Shown here in pieces: positions 12,531-24,683 of a stretch of 64,000 nucleotides of DNA (the stretch's first letter is position 1; each line of letters starts with the position of its first letter). The notes below the pieces were generated by a model. That model was given only the letters and a program-made list of their open reading frames with translations, was not told where the DNA came from and made no database searches. Source of the DNA: Fistulifera solaris (Eukaryota); contig AP026153.1 in assembly GCA_030295235.1 (NCBI GenBank), forward strand, positions 558,001 to 622,000, read 5' to 3'. The translations under genes and the position numbers were made by a program.

Positions 12531-13436
12531 TTACTCGTTGTCATTCTCTTCGTCGCTTGCTTCGTCATTCTCATTTTCGTTGTTGTTCTCTTGATCTTCA
12601 TCGTTTGTGTCGTTGTGGGCGTTCAGCAAATCGTCAATCGTTGGGTCTCTGAAGAGTTTGCCTCGTTCCGACTCGACCAGATTGTTGCCGCCTTTGTCGT
12701 CCACAATCAATTTCAAAACACGCCGCAATCGCTTCCACACGTTTAGAAATGCTTGAGGTGAAAGATGGTGCTCCCATGCCTCTTCAATTGATCGTGCAAG
12801 CGCATCGCAATCGGGTCGTTTTCCGTGATGAACCTTTTCGACCTTGTTTTGAATGCTCATCCAGACTCCGAGATCAAGCATGTTTGTTTCGGGCGACCGA
12901 GGAACTTGCCAGACAATCTCAACGTTGTATTCGCTCTCCAATTTTCGTCTGTATTCTTCTTTGGCTAGCTGTGTTCCGTGTCCTCCTGCGTTATCCATCA
13001 CCAGATAAATTTTCTCGTTCTTGTCCACCCAGTGAAATTTTTCTCGAAGTGCTTGACCGACTTGGTGCATAATGCTCAGCATGAAGGAAGAGTCACAGGA
13101 AATGTCCACCTCGACTTTATGCCCTGCCGGGTAATAGCAACGAACTTCAAGCTCTTTGATGTCGAAGTCACACAGCTGATCATCCTCGTCTAAAGGTCTC
13201 TTTGTGACTGTGTTGCGAAATTGCAGGACTGCAGCCACTTCGTCGCGAAGCTCATAGAAATCGGAAAGTGCATCGAAAAACTCGCCCACTGTCATATCAC
13301 CGCAGATGTCTTTCAAATCATTGTAAAGGGCTCTCCAAGAGCCATTCTTGATCTCGTTGTTGATCGAAATGCTGTCGTGAAACTTGTAACTTGGTGTTGC
13401 TCGGCTGTACTCTTTCTCTTTACTAACCCTTTTCAT
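12531..13436 (-). CDS. C-terminal part of a DD39D mariner-type transposase
   Basis: LVMDNAGGHG...QVPRSPETNMLDLG with exactly 39 residues between the two Asp; first catalytic Asp and HTH not seen. Confidence 0.85.
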   Translation of the reverse strand: MKRVSKEKEYSRATPSYKFHDSISINNEIKNGSWRALYNDLKDICGDMTVGEFFDALSDFYELRDEVAAVLQFRNTVTKRPLDEDDQLCDFDIKELEVRCYYPAGHKVEVDISCDSSFMLSIMHQVGQALREKFHWVDKNEKIYLVMDNAGGHGTQLAKEEYRRKLESEYNVEIVWQVPRSPETNMLDLGVWMSIQNKVEKVHHGKRPDCDALARSIEEAWEHHLSPQAFLNVWKRLRRVLKLIVDDKGGNNLVESERGKLFRDPTIDDLLNAHNDTNDEDQENNNENENDEASDEENDNE

Positions 13437-14331
13437 AAAGACTCTTCCGTCAAAATCTTTCGACTTCCTGGGCCTTGCAACAACGCCAAGGTGATTTTGT
13501 CGTCCGATTGACGAACGTAGCGCGGAACCCTTTCGAATGCAAGCGCCAGTGCATATGTGATGGCGTTTTCGATCTCATCTTCTCTCGATAATGGCACAGC
13601 AAAGATTTCTTGTTCTTGTTCTTGTTCAAGAACAGCGTTAGCTAGTAAGTGCAGATTTTCTTGTTCATTTGCTGGGCGTACATGCTCGATTTGGTGTTCG
13701 AGGAGTACGTCTGAAGCAAGGCGGCATTTTTGCGGAGCTTGTCATCGGTCATCCCGGGAGGTCCCGGAGCTAACTCAGAAGCATCCATACGGGCACATTC
13801 CTTGACCTTAGAATACAAAGGTTGCCCAACACAAAAGTAGAAAGCCTGCTTGCTGTGTGGTGGACGATAGGTGGAAATATGAATTTTCTTTCGTCCCATC
13901 TTGTCCACGAGTGTATCAAGCGCTTCTTTCATCACAAAAAGTTTTTCGACTCCCAAAACCACTTTCTTCTCCAAAATTTTGACATAAATCAATAAAGGAC
14001 ATATGTTCTCCCAATCGACTGAAGTTGCGTAGGAAATATCATCGTTTTTATTGTTTTCTGGCAATAATCGCCACCAGATACCGGGAGTGGCATGACGAAA
14101 CAATGCCACGACAACCGACCAAATATCTTCGCACTCCGGGGCTCTGCTTGTGTTGTTTTGCACCGATCTATCACTCCTTCGTCGCTTGTTTGAATGGTGC
14201 AAAACAACACAAGCTCGCCCAGAATTGATTTCACTGCTGCGTCGTCGAGTCGCCATGTTCGGATGCATTTTTGCGCGATAATGTCGTGAAGAAAAAATGT
14301 GTTCAGTGGGAAAGGCAAGGTGTCGCTTCAA
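13437..14331 (-). pseudogene. Frameshifted upstream ORF inside the mariner TIRs, function unknown
   Basis: 229-aa ORF plus a continuation in another frame (EHQIEHVRPANEQENLHLLANAVLE...) up to the transposase fragment. Confidence 0.45.
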
Positions 14332-14616
14332 ACGGTATACGATTTCTGTCGTAGAAACACACTTATGTATATAGTAATCGTGTCCTATATATTTTATAGT
14401 ACTCAGAAACTCATTTGACCCGAATGGTACGCCGATAAGTTGTTGTGACAGAATATCAGTCGTGATTCGGTGGAACTGGACTATAGTAAGATAGCCATCA
14501 AAGATCCGTCGGAGTATTGCACGAACAAAATATTGTGCAATTGTAAAAGCTGCTTTTCATCGAAACCCGTCAATCGAGATTGTGTGGCAAGCAAAAGAAC
14601 GGAAATCGGATGGCGT

Positions 14617-15345
14617 GTGAGATGAAAACAACTGGTCCAGAATTTCTGGACCAATCAAACAGAATTTCTGTGTGACGTGATCGCTATTTCTAGATTTTTT
14701 GGAAGTCGCACAGAAACGCTGTTTGATGAAAAACGCCGTCTAGTGAACTTCTTAAACATTCCACCGTCTCATGTAATAGTTCATCTGGAAAATATATCTT
14801 CCAGGGTTCATTTGGTTTTGGAATAAAACATGTCACATAGACATTATGTGCAAGCATTTGCTCGCAGAAGGATTGTGGATATTTTCGTCGTAGCGTCTGC
14901 AAACGGGCGTCCCCAAGGCTATACAGCATTTACGCATGATCCGTATCACTGTGTCCAGATTTTCTGGAACCAGCACAGAACCTCTGTGAGATGAAACAAC
15001 TGGTCCAGAATTTCTGGACCGGTCAAAAAGAATTTCTGTGTGACGTCAAACAGAATTTCTGTTTGACGTAATCGCTATTTCCAGATTTTCTGGAATTTCG
15101 CACAGAAACGCTGTTTGATGAAAAACGCCGTCTCCTGAACTTCTTTTAGCCATACAGCATTACTTATGCATGATCTGTATCACTGTGTCCAGATTCTCTG
15201 AAACCAGCACAGAACCTCCGTGAGATGAAAACAACTGGTCCAGGAATCCAACCAAACAGAATTTCTGTTTGACGTGATCGCTATTTCCAGATTTTCTGGA
15301 ATATTCGCACAGAAACGCTGTTTGTTGAAAAACGCCGTCTCTTGA
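14617..15345. repeat. About 2.5 copies of a ~235-bp unit rich in CAGA-WTT-TCTG palindromes
   Basis: GTGAGATGAAA(A)CAACTGGTCCAG recurs at ~14617, ~14986 and ~15220; GCACAGAAACGCTGTTTG occurs three times. Confidence 0.9.
14754..14917 (-). mobile_element. Ty3/gypsy-like pol fragment (region preceding the integrase Zn-binding motif), present only in repeat unit 1
   Basis: Translates to GDARLQTLRRKYPQSF...VTCFIPKPNEPWKIYFPDELLHETV; absent from the equivalent position in unit 2. Confidence 0.55.
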
Positions 15346-15359
15346 TTAAAGCAACTTTG

Positions 15360-15379
15360 AATAAATATTTAGTATAACA

Positions 15380-15417
<38 letters not shown>
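15360..15417 (+). mobile_element. Severely 5'-truncated poly(A) retroposition
   Basis: AATAAA at 15360, A35 at 15383-15417, flanked by the direct repeat AACTTTG (15353-15359 and 15416-15422). Confidence 0.55.
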
Positions 15418-15419
<2 letters not shown>

Positions 15420-15726
15420 TTGTCTGGGGTCTGGGCTTATTTCCGAATTTGGCTTCATGACTGAAACGGTTTATTTATTAAGGTTAAAGTTGAGGCTACA
15501 CGTTTGACCATACCTGGTACTCGGAGTACTTAAGTGCAGTACAATTTCTACGCGTTAGTCGTGTAGGGAGAAGGAAGAAGCACGGAGCGTGTCGGGACAA
15601 ACGGCAAGAACGGGGCGTTTTTGTTTGTTCTTTGCACTTCATCACGACAAACGCCGCTCCCTGCAGATCGAGAAGTATTGTCATTAATCCTTTTCCATTG
15701 CACCAGATAGAACAAGAACAAAGAAG

Positions 15727-17127
15727 ATGATGACCTCCTACGAATCTTCGCAAATGTCGTTACGAGAACAAGCACAAGTACGAGCGCAACAAATGCAATC
15801 TGCCTCACTCGTGTCATCTGCGGATGATGACAGTTTTGACGACACTGTTTACACGAGCTTTCCTCCGTACCCGACTCCTTCTTCACGCCGTTACGCGAGT
15901 ACGCCGGTTGTTGAGCGAAACTCGTCAATAGTGACGCCACAGCAACAAGTTGCGGCGGCTCGACAAGAATGGCAACGGCACGGATGGACGAAGAGTCAAG
16001 CATTGGAGGATTTGCGATCGAAATCGAGTGTGTGGGTGCGTGTTACCGACGCTGTAGAACGTCGGGATCCATCCGGATCGGCGTATACGGCGTATTTGAT
16101 TCAAGTACGACAACGGCAGCAGCCACATCAACAACACTTGATCGAACATCGCTACTCGGATTTTTATAAACTGCATTTGCTATTATCGCAGAACGGTGTC
16201 AAAGTGGCTTTTTCATTTCCAGCAAAACTATGGTGGAAATCGGAGCAAGATAAAATTGCGGAACGTCTTATCGAATTGGATGCCTGGATCGTTCATGTTG
16301 TCGCCGAATATTGGAATGCCATGAATGCAATTGCCTATCATGCGGTACAGGATTTTCTGTTTTCTCCTCCTTCCCGTCCTTGTGACAGCGTGCAGGATGT
16401 ACAGTCGGCTGCCTTTCATCCGTTTAGTCGCACGTTGGGTTCCTCGCTGCGGCAAGCCGTTCACACCCTCGAGTTGTTGACGTCGGCCACGGATCAAAGC
16501 ATTCCTCTCGACTTGTTGCAATCGGCTCAAGGAATTTTGTTTTTGACGATCCTTAAAGCCGGCTTGGTTGTGTCGGGGCAATATGGTACAGGCTTAGTGA
16601 TATCACGGCTGGAAAACGGCTATCAGTGGAGCGCACCCTGTGCTGTAGGTCTCGCTGGTCTGGGCTGGGGTGCCCAGTTAGGAAGTGATGTTACTCATTG
16701 TTTGGTACTGTTTTCTACCGCTCAAGCGGTTCATGATTTAGTCTCCTCACAAACGGTTCAATTGGGAGCGGCAGCGGGAGTTGCCGTAGGCACGGCGGGA
16801 CGAACGGCTCAATCGTCGGTGCAGTTGCAACTCAAATTGCACCGCGCGCACGCGTATGCTCATGCGCATGGGTTATTTGTGGGTGTGAGCTTGGAAGGCT
16901 CTTGGATTACCGTTCGTGATGCAGTCAATGCCAAGTTCTATGGTCAACCTTGTCATGGAGGAGACTTGTTGCACCAAGCCGGACCTCCGGCTGCCGAATC
17001 ATTGTATCGTGCCTTGGATCGAGCATCGCAAATACAGATTGCACCCGACGCATTCCGTCCCAGTGAAATGCTGAATAACCGAAATCGGGCTACGCCAGCC
17101 TCGTCTTGGAAGAATGCTCCTGCCTAA
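15727..17127 (+). CDS. PX-domain + SYLF/Ysc84 domain protein
   Basis: PX: YTAYLIQV...HRYSDFYKLH...FPAK...ER..ELDAW. SYLF: SIPLDLLQSAQG, KAGLVVSGQYGTGLVISRL, WSAP, GLFVGVSLEGS, VNAKFYG. Confidence 0.85.
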   Translation: MMTSYESSQMSLREQAQVRAQQMQSASLVSSADDDSFDDTVYTSFPPYPTPSSRRYASTPVVERNSSIVTPQQQVAAARQEWQRHGWTKSQALEDLRSKSSVWVRVTDAVERRDPSGSAYTAYLIQVRQRQQPHQQHLIEHRYSDFYKLHLLLSQNGVKVAFSFPAKLWWKSEQDKIAERLIELDAWIVHVVAEYWNAMNAIAYHAVQDFLFSPPSRPCDSVQDVQSAAFHPFSRTLGSSLRQAVHTLELLTSATDQSIPLDLLQSAQGILFLTILKAGLVVSGQYGTGLVISRLENGYQWSAPCAVGLAGLGWGAQLGSDVTHCLVLFSTAQAVHDLVSSQTVQLGAAAGVAVGTAGRTAQSSVQLQLKLHRAHAYAHAHGLFVGVSLEGSWITVRDAVNAKFYGQPCHGGDLLHQAGPPAAESLYRALDRASQIQIAPDAFRPSEMLNNRNRATPASSWKNAPA

Positions 17128-17801
17128 ACAAACATGATGGGTATCATCATCTATTGTCGTTGCCGCTGGCTATAGAAAGGAGCTGTTTAGCACTACATGT
17201 TTGGCGCGAATGAATACCCATGTATCTTTTAATAGATTCCCAGCTTGGAAACCTGAAACATGAAACACATTGTCAATAATTGTCTATCTATTATTTGTAA
17301 TTTGTAGGGTATTCGCTCCTCTATTTTGGTTCACGGTTGCGGGGGTTTAGAGTTTAGAGTTTAGAATGGTTTGGCCTCCTTCGAGCGTGACGCAAGTGTG
17401 ACACCTGACACACATGCATTAATTATGCAGCAAACGTCTTGAGTACCGAACTTCTAGGATGAAAGAGTCACACTGTCGGCGTCTCTACTTTACAGACTAT
17501 ACATCTATGGAGACGGCATCCGAATTTAAAATGTCCTCTGGCATAAGACGAACCGCACAATCAGTCACTGCTACACTTCGATAGCATAGTCATCAGTCAC
17601 ACCAGTTTCAAAACGCACTTTATAGCACGCACTCAAAACGGGAAAAACAGAGCGGCTTTCCCCTTATTTTTCCTTGAACCTGTTGCTTTTGTGACAAATG
17701 AAATCAATTGCTCCTTCCGTGCATTCTTCTTCATTCATTATTATTATTATAGTAAGACCCTTATCATAATCACGTGAACGGCAAGTGCGGTAACAGCAAG
17801 C

Positions 17802-20188
17802 ATGGAGACATTGACATCGAAGGAAAAGCTGATCGCGATGGTGCGGACGGAAGACGAGGAAGAGTACCGGGACATGTCCGAGAATGATATGATGGATTGT
17901 GCAAACTTGATGCAGCAATGGGGATTTGATGATGTTCGCTGTCACAATTGCGGTGTGCTGAACAGTCAGTGCAATGGATTGTTGATGCAATGCGCGAAAT
18001 GCAAGAAATGTTACTATTGCTCCGCGGAGTGTTTCAATCAGCACCTTCCGGTGCACCGATTGACGTGCGATGTGGGAAGCATTGCCCATCGTAATCCAAT
18101 TCTAACGACCGCTAGTACAGATAGCAGTGCAGTGCATTCACCGTCTGTGAATCGAAAGAAGAGACGCGAGAGTCGCGAAAAGAAAGCTACCAAGTCAACG
18201 AAGAAACAATCGAAACGCAACGTCAAAAGGAATATCATTACAAACACACGTATCCAGGCAAAGATGCGGATATCGACGAGTCGTTTGAAGAAAAGCTACT
18301 AGTTCTCTATGCAAGTACGACTAGGAGTAAGAAACAACACAAGAATATGAAGAAGGCGTTCGAAATGTTGGACGAAAACGATGTCTTGTACGAGGCGCTA
18401 GACGCTTTAGAACCGGCAAACAAGGAGCGATGCGAACGACTCTATGCCATGGCGAACCAGCCTACCGAGTTTCCTCAGTTCTTCCGCACAACGCCAGAGG
18501 GAGATATGGACTTTATTGGTGGCTGGGAGGATTTTGTAGGCACGGCCGAAGCCGAATTCGAAGACGTTTCGGAGTCAGATCACAGCATGGCGCCGTTCGT
18601 TTTTGCCGATCACAAGCTGCGCCGCAAAGCATCTATTTGGGCTCCACGGAATCATCCAACCATCATCATCGACTCGGATGATGAAATGGATGCGAAACGA
18701 GAAACGCATACGAGCGATGACAAGCGACCCAGTTGTCCGGTTCGTCAACACTCTACTGATTCGGAATCGTTCCTCATTTTGTATTCGAGCGAGCCCGAAG
18801 ACCGGAGCGAGCTTGTGGATCAGCAAATGCTGGCGGGGTTGCTCAATGGGAATGATATACGATACGATCTTCTCGATGGTTTGAATCCGTCCACGGAGGA
18901 AACGCGTGACGCTTTATTCGACTTGTCGGGTACGGCAGAAAGGTACCCTCAGATTTTCAAAGGCGAGTCGGATGGTCGGATCCAATTTTGGGGCGGCTTT
19001 TCGGACATTCAAAGCGTGGCCCGAAAAGGTGGACTCATCCCTCCGGGACGGATGAAAACGCGCCGACGTAGAAAGAGCACCGACAAAACTGTGACACTGC
19101 CACTCGAGACTCTGTTTGAAGAAAGCGACGAAGATCTGCTGGAATTCGATGACACTGAGCTGCTGGCGATGCAGCGACCGACGGATCACGACAATTGTGC
19201 GGACTCGCGACCACGACGACCCATCCGACGCAATAGTGACGCCAATGAAACGCCGGATACGTTAGTGGTTCTTTATACAAAGAAGACAAAGAACGTTGAG
19301 GAAATCGCTACTCAGCAGATGATGACTGGTGTCTTGGAAGGAAACAACCTCAAGTATGAAGCAATCGATGGGTCCAATCCAGACAATTCGGCGAAACGCG
19401 ACGAGTTGTTCGGGATCTCCGGCAGAAAGGATGAGTACCCTCAATTTTACACCGTTGGCGTCGACGGGACAAAGTTTTTGGGCGGGTGGGATAAATTTGA
19501 CGAAGCTTCCCGAGAAGGAGACTTGGATCAGTTTGCGTGGGACGATGAAGACGACGATGATTATGAAGGAACAGAAGGGGAACAACTTGACAAGCAGCGA
19601 GATTACGCACAAATATCCAGCGCCGAAACGCCCCGCAAACCGACCCGTACATGGAGCGACTCGGAAGAACCTTCATCGATGTCAAAAGCTGGGATTTCTT
19701 GCGAAATCAGCATCTTCTCTGATCATTTAAGCGTACCTCTACGAGGATCCGAGATCGTCAAGAAGGAATACACTTGGGAGAAACCCGAATGGGCCAAAAA
19801 TTCTCCTCTGAAACGACGTTCACACCCTGAGCAGGTACACCAGCCTTCTCATCAAAGCGAAATATCCCCTGAATTTGACAGGGGCAAAATCGAGCTTCAT
19901 CATGCGGAGATTCGCAAAAACGAAATCGGATGGGAAGTTCCGGAATGGGCGAAGAGGCGCCCTTTGCGAAAGACCTCAAAAGGCCAATTGATACAATCGG
20001 TAGGTGATTTTGAAGGGTATAAACACATTAAGAGTCCAGAACGACCACCGGAATGGGTGGTGAGGTCTCCTTTGAAAAAAAAGAAAAGTCCCGGTAGCAG
20101 CCCCAGTTCTTTTACAGAAGGCAGTGATGACGGTATTGTGAATGTTCCAAACTTGTCCGGACTTCCGTCAAAGCTCCCCCTGGACTAG
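17802..20188 (+). CDS. MYND zinc finger + three SH3BGR/glutaredoxin-like repeats + WEKPEW motifs; probable frameshift near 18228
   Basis: CHNC...CAKCKKCYYCSAECFNQH..H...C. Three LY...Y..LD...RD.LF..SG....(Y/F)PQ(F/I)(F/Y)...F.GG(W/F) repeats. Restoring one A at AAAAGG joins the two ORFs. Confidence 0.7.
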
Positions 20189-20675
20189 CTTACTTATAAT
20201 TACTTTGTATATGATCTATTTTTGACACTCATTGTCATCTAAGCTATATTAGTTCTGATTGCTTATCGCGCCGTTGTCAATTAAGGAAAAAACAGGACTC
20301 CTTCAGTCACGAATTTACTGTAAACGCTCTGAGACATGCTTCTGCTTTTCCCGGTACTGCGGCGAGAATCTTTCTCTTCTCATTGTGGCGCAAGTAACAA
20401 CGACGGGAGCGAAAGAATCATTACCAGCGTCTTCTTTGTTGCATTCAAACGGGCCTTTCTTTAGTGACAATAGAACTACTGTAAAGAGGAGTCGCATTTA
20501 CTGGCCGCAAACTGCGTTTCGGAAAGTATGCAACACAACGAGAAGAGCAAGCTCCTCGGCAGCTCGTCGGGAGATACCTATGTACGTTCTTCTGCAGTTC
20601 CTCTTCCTTGTCATTTCCCTCGCAAACACCTCACCTTGTCTTTCTTAACTATATAGTACGCCCCGATTGATAAAA

Positions 20676-22619
20676 ATGCCGACTCACTACTTCACAAAGC
20701 GGGTCGCTCAGCGTCGTTCGCGGCTCTCGGGGGCACGCAATCGTTAGGAACCTTTCAATTCAAAGAACCTCCGCAAGTTCACGGTTTACCCAAAAGTTAC
20801 AGTGTCTCCGCGGACGGTAGTCCGTCGTATTTGACTCCCTACACAAATGGGTCGACAGGAACTGTATCAATTGATGCCCTTTACGGCCATATTTGGCCTG
20901 CAATCCAGAGAACGAGCGATCAGTAAAGCCTTTGCGAGTTACGCCGCCGAACTCGACGCGGATCAGGAGGGCTTGTCGGGGGAAGAACGAACCAGTCGTA
21001 TGAGTCGAGCCAGTATGGTCATTCTGGATGAACTCGAATTTGATGCGAACGTTGTCACCATTCCGTTGGTGTGTGCGATCATCGTTGCGGCGACGTCGCA
21101 ATTCCTCGTCGGTTACAATACCGGAGTCATGAATCCACCCGTCAATGTTGTCTTCCCGGGGCATTCGACTTTGTCTTGGAGTATGGCGGTAGCGGCGTTT
21201 GCCGTAGGTGGTCCGTTTGGTGCCATCGTTGGTGGACAAATGGCTGATCAGCGTGGTCGACGTGGGGCGCTCTTGATTGGTACTTGGACCTTTCTGCTGG
21301 GTGGTCTATTGCAAACGTTTGCTCTCGATATGTTTACTATCATATTGGCTCGATTTGTGATTGGTTTTGCCAGTGGATTCAGTAGTGTATTGGTTCCGAT
21401 TTATCTCGGAGAATTGGCTCCACCGACGATGCGTGGACAGTTGGGAACAGGTGAGTCTGCATCTAGTTCTTTCTGCTTGTAGTGAATATTCTCGAAGTGC
21501 ACAGTTTCACTTAACATTACCTTTACACATGCAGTCACCCAGTTCGCCATGGTCATTGGGATTCTCGCTGCAGATTTGATTGCTTTTCCTTTCGCAAAGG
21601 AAGGAAAGTGGCGCATGCTGTTCGGTTTCACTCCTCTTATGGCGCTGTTGCAATTGATTTTGGCACCTTTCTTGCTTGAGTCCCCGCGATGGCTACTCGG
21701 ACGCGATCCAAAGTCTTTAAAAGCACGCTATATTTTGAAACGTCTACGTGGATTACGATATGATCACGAAGTAGAGACCGAGTTGGGACATTTACTGGTC
21801 GGAGGGGCGGCGCAGCAGCAAGAGCAAACGAGTACGATGGGTGTTTTGAAAGACATGATGTCACAACCTCGTGTCCGTACATTGCTTTTGAGTAGTTTTG
21901 CTCTACAAGCGGCTCAGCAATTCTCCGGTATCAATGCGGTCTTTTACTACAGCAACTCCTTTTTCGAAGGCGTCATCGACAATCCTCTTGTGGGAACGTC
22001 GATCGTGGCTGGTGTCAATGTACTTGCAACATACGTCGCTTTATTGGTCATGGATCGTTTTGGGCGTAAAACATTGATTCTCAGCAGTGCAGCTGGTATG
22101 CTTCTTAGCTGTATTTGGATTGTAGCCAGTTTGTTGGGATACTTCAGCAATGTCATGGCGTTGGTAGCTGTCAATGCTTATGTTTCTTTCTTTGAAATCG
22201 GGCTTGGTCCTATTCCGTGGCTTATTGTGGCTGAAATGTTTGAAGGAAAGTACGTGGCTACGGCAATGTCGACTTCTTCGCAACTCAACTGGGCATGCAA
22301 TTTCATTGTTGGGTTTGTTTTTCCGTACATGAACAAATATCTCGGACCCTTTTCCTTTGTCCCATTCGCCATTGTTCTTCTAGCAACTTTGATCTTTGCC
22401 ATTACCATCTTACCCGAGACTGCCGGTTCATCGCCCGAACAAATGGCGAAAGAAATGACCCGAACATTTTCCGAGTCGGTTGTCTACCAAGCCAATCCGG
22501 AGTCGGCTTCGCAAATTGACATTGAATGGCGGAAAGCGATGGAGCAACTGCAGCAGGAAGAGGCGATGGAGCGAAAGCATGGTAACTTTGATTACGGCTT
22601 TACAGCCATCAAAAACTAA
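20676..22619 (+). CDS. MFS sugar porter (GLUT-like hexose transporter); intron 21451-21534; start uncertain (20676 or 20847)
   Basis: [57 protein letters not shown]. Splicing gives [13 protein letters not shown]. Confidence 0.93.
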
Positions 22620-23230
22620 GAACTAATTGCTGATCATTAGCGACTAAATTGTTCAATCTGAGTAACAAGGGGCGAAATAATTACAAAATGTTGGCTTAAA
22701 TTACTTCCGTGAAGTCAAATAGTCGGACTGGGCAGATTTTGTACATATTGTGCGATTCGATAGTTGATAATTGACGTTTATTTATTTTGAAATATAATTA
22801 ATTGTTGCATCAGCATTAAATGAATCAGTTGATTGGCTAGCATTATGAATTGTAAGCATGGACCAATTTGTAGACTTCACATTGGTAAGACTCGGACAAC
22901 ATCATCAACCATAATACAAATAAAGGGAGAATCCAGCAGCTTGTTTGTCTATACTTTCTATATTGCAGGACGCACAACCGGAACGGCTTTTTGAATGGCA
23001 ACCATACGTAGCATGACTCATGACAGAAATTCAGTCGCGGATAAAGTTCTTTTACACTTCGAGTGATAGTGGAGGGCACTTGCTTTTCGCACCGCAAAAA
23101 CGAAAAGCGCTGTGCATTGATGATTTGCAATGAAACCGAACATACTTTGAGAACGACGAAAGCCTCTCATTATCCAGCCTATCACAATAAAAAGAGACAA
23201 ATTCATTCATCTTCTCGATTTCTCGATACA

Positions 23231-24683
23231 ATGAGCGGCAAAAAGCAAGACAACGGCTTTGGTCGCGATGACATGGCGGCCTTGTTGGGTGGCGGTTTAC
23301 CGGAACGATTGATGCGCCCGCAAGTTCCTGTCGCGAAAACCAGCAGCAAGGCAAGGAAAGATGTCGCAGACATGTCGACCCAAGAGACAGCGACGTGGCT
23401 CTTGCAACAGCAACAACCAAAGAAAGGAAAAGAAACAATCATTCAACGACATCGTACTACGAAAGTACGAAAATATCACGAATTGCTTCTCGAAGAACAG
23501 CAGAATATGTCTTTGACAACGACACGTTTATCCAAAGAAGATGATCACTCCGATAGTGATTTAGACGAAAGCAAAAAGAAAGAAAAGGACGCACCAGTGG
23601 TACCGGTGATCACACGTCGCCGTCGACGTCCGAGCACCAGTAGTAGCAGTAGTAGTGAGTCTTCCGCTCCTCCCTCGTCGACAACGACAAGATTCATCCG
23701 AGAGTGACTCGGAGGAAGAAGAAGCACGTCGTCAGCGTGTCCTGCAACAAAGAAGGCAACAGCAGCAGTCACCCGTCGATGACGCATCCAGCATGGAGGC
23801 AGCTACACCACAGCTCACAGCACCACAGAGTCTCCCCGAGGCACCGAACGTGATGCCATCCAAGCCCACTCGGTCGCGAGCGGAAAGCTCGAGCAGTAGT
23901 TCGAGTAGTAGCAGTTCGTCCAGCGAAAGTTCCTCGGACGACAGTTCCTCCTCCTCCGAAGAAGAAGAAGAAGTTCGCGCCAAGCCAATCTTTGTACCTC
24001 GTCACAAACGAGGAGTGATTCAATCGGCGGAGGAATTGGCGGAAGAAGAGAAAGCGAATGAAAATAAGCGCAAACAATTGGAGGAAAAGCGAACCAAAGA
24101 ATCGCGAGCCATGGTGCAGAAAGTATTGCTCGATGCTTCGAAGCAAGTGGGTTCGATCGATGACGCCTTTGAAGGTATTACGGGGGCTCGTAACTCGGTA
24201 CCGGATGATAATGACATGGATGACGACGAGGAATATGACAAATGGGAAGTCCGAGAGCTGGAACGACTTGTCTATGAATTGGATATGGAAACTGCACGTA
24301 TGGAAGAAGCGCGAGAGCGCGAGCGGCGTCGTAACATGACAGATGATGAAATTATGAAAGAAAGGATGGAGTCCGGCAGTGCACGAGACAAGGAAGAGTT
24401 GAAGAGAACAGGGCAGCGCTATTTTCACCGTGGTGCGTTTTATATGGACGAGTCGGAATGGGATGAATCCGATGTGCGCCACAAGGCTGAAGAATATGCG
24501 GCTGCAGCTACAGGAGCGGATAAAATCGACAAGAAGGCACTTCCCAAAGTTATGCAAGTGAAAAATTTCGGTCGAGCGAATCAAAACTTGAAGTATCAGG
24601 GGCTAGCCGCCGAAGACACGACGGACAAGCAAATGAAAGTGCTTCCGATTCTTGGTCGAAAGCGCAAACAGAATCAGTTGTAG
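23231..24683 (+). CDS. MFAP1: Microfibrillar-associated protein 1 / Spp381-like spliceosomal protein; probable frameshift near 23660-23700
   Basis: KPIFVP, EEYDKWEVRELERL, RYFHRGAFY, DKKALPKVMQVKNFGR..KYQGL..EDTT. Confidence 0.85.

Larger units (their letters stand above)
12397..14427 (-). mobile_element. Tc1/mariner superfamily DD39D element, 2031 bp, apparently internally deleted
   Basis: 30-bp TIRs CCATTCGGGTCAAATGAGTTTCT(A/G)AGTACT at 12397-12426 and 14398-14427 (1 mismatch). TA on both flanks (12395-12396, 14428-14429). Confidence 0.9.

Noticed and set aside
13642..14331. Fanzor/TnpB cargo in the mariner element
   Set aside because: No RuvC motifs or zinc ribbon are visible in this ORF.
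17341..17366. Telomere-like (TTTAGAG)3
   Set aside because: Only three non-canonical units at an internal position.
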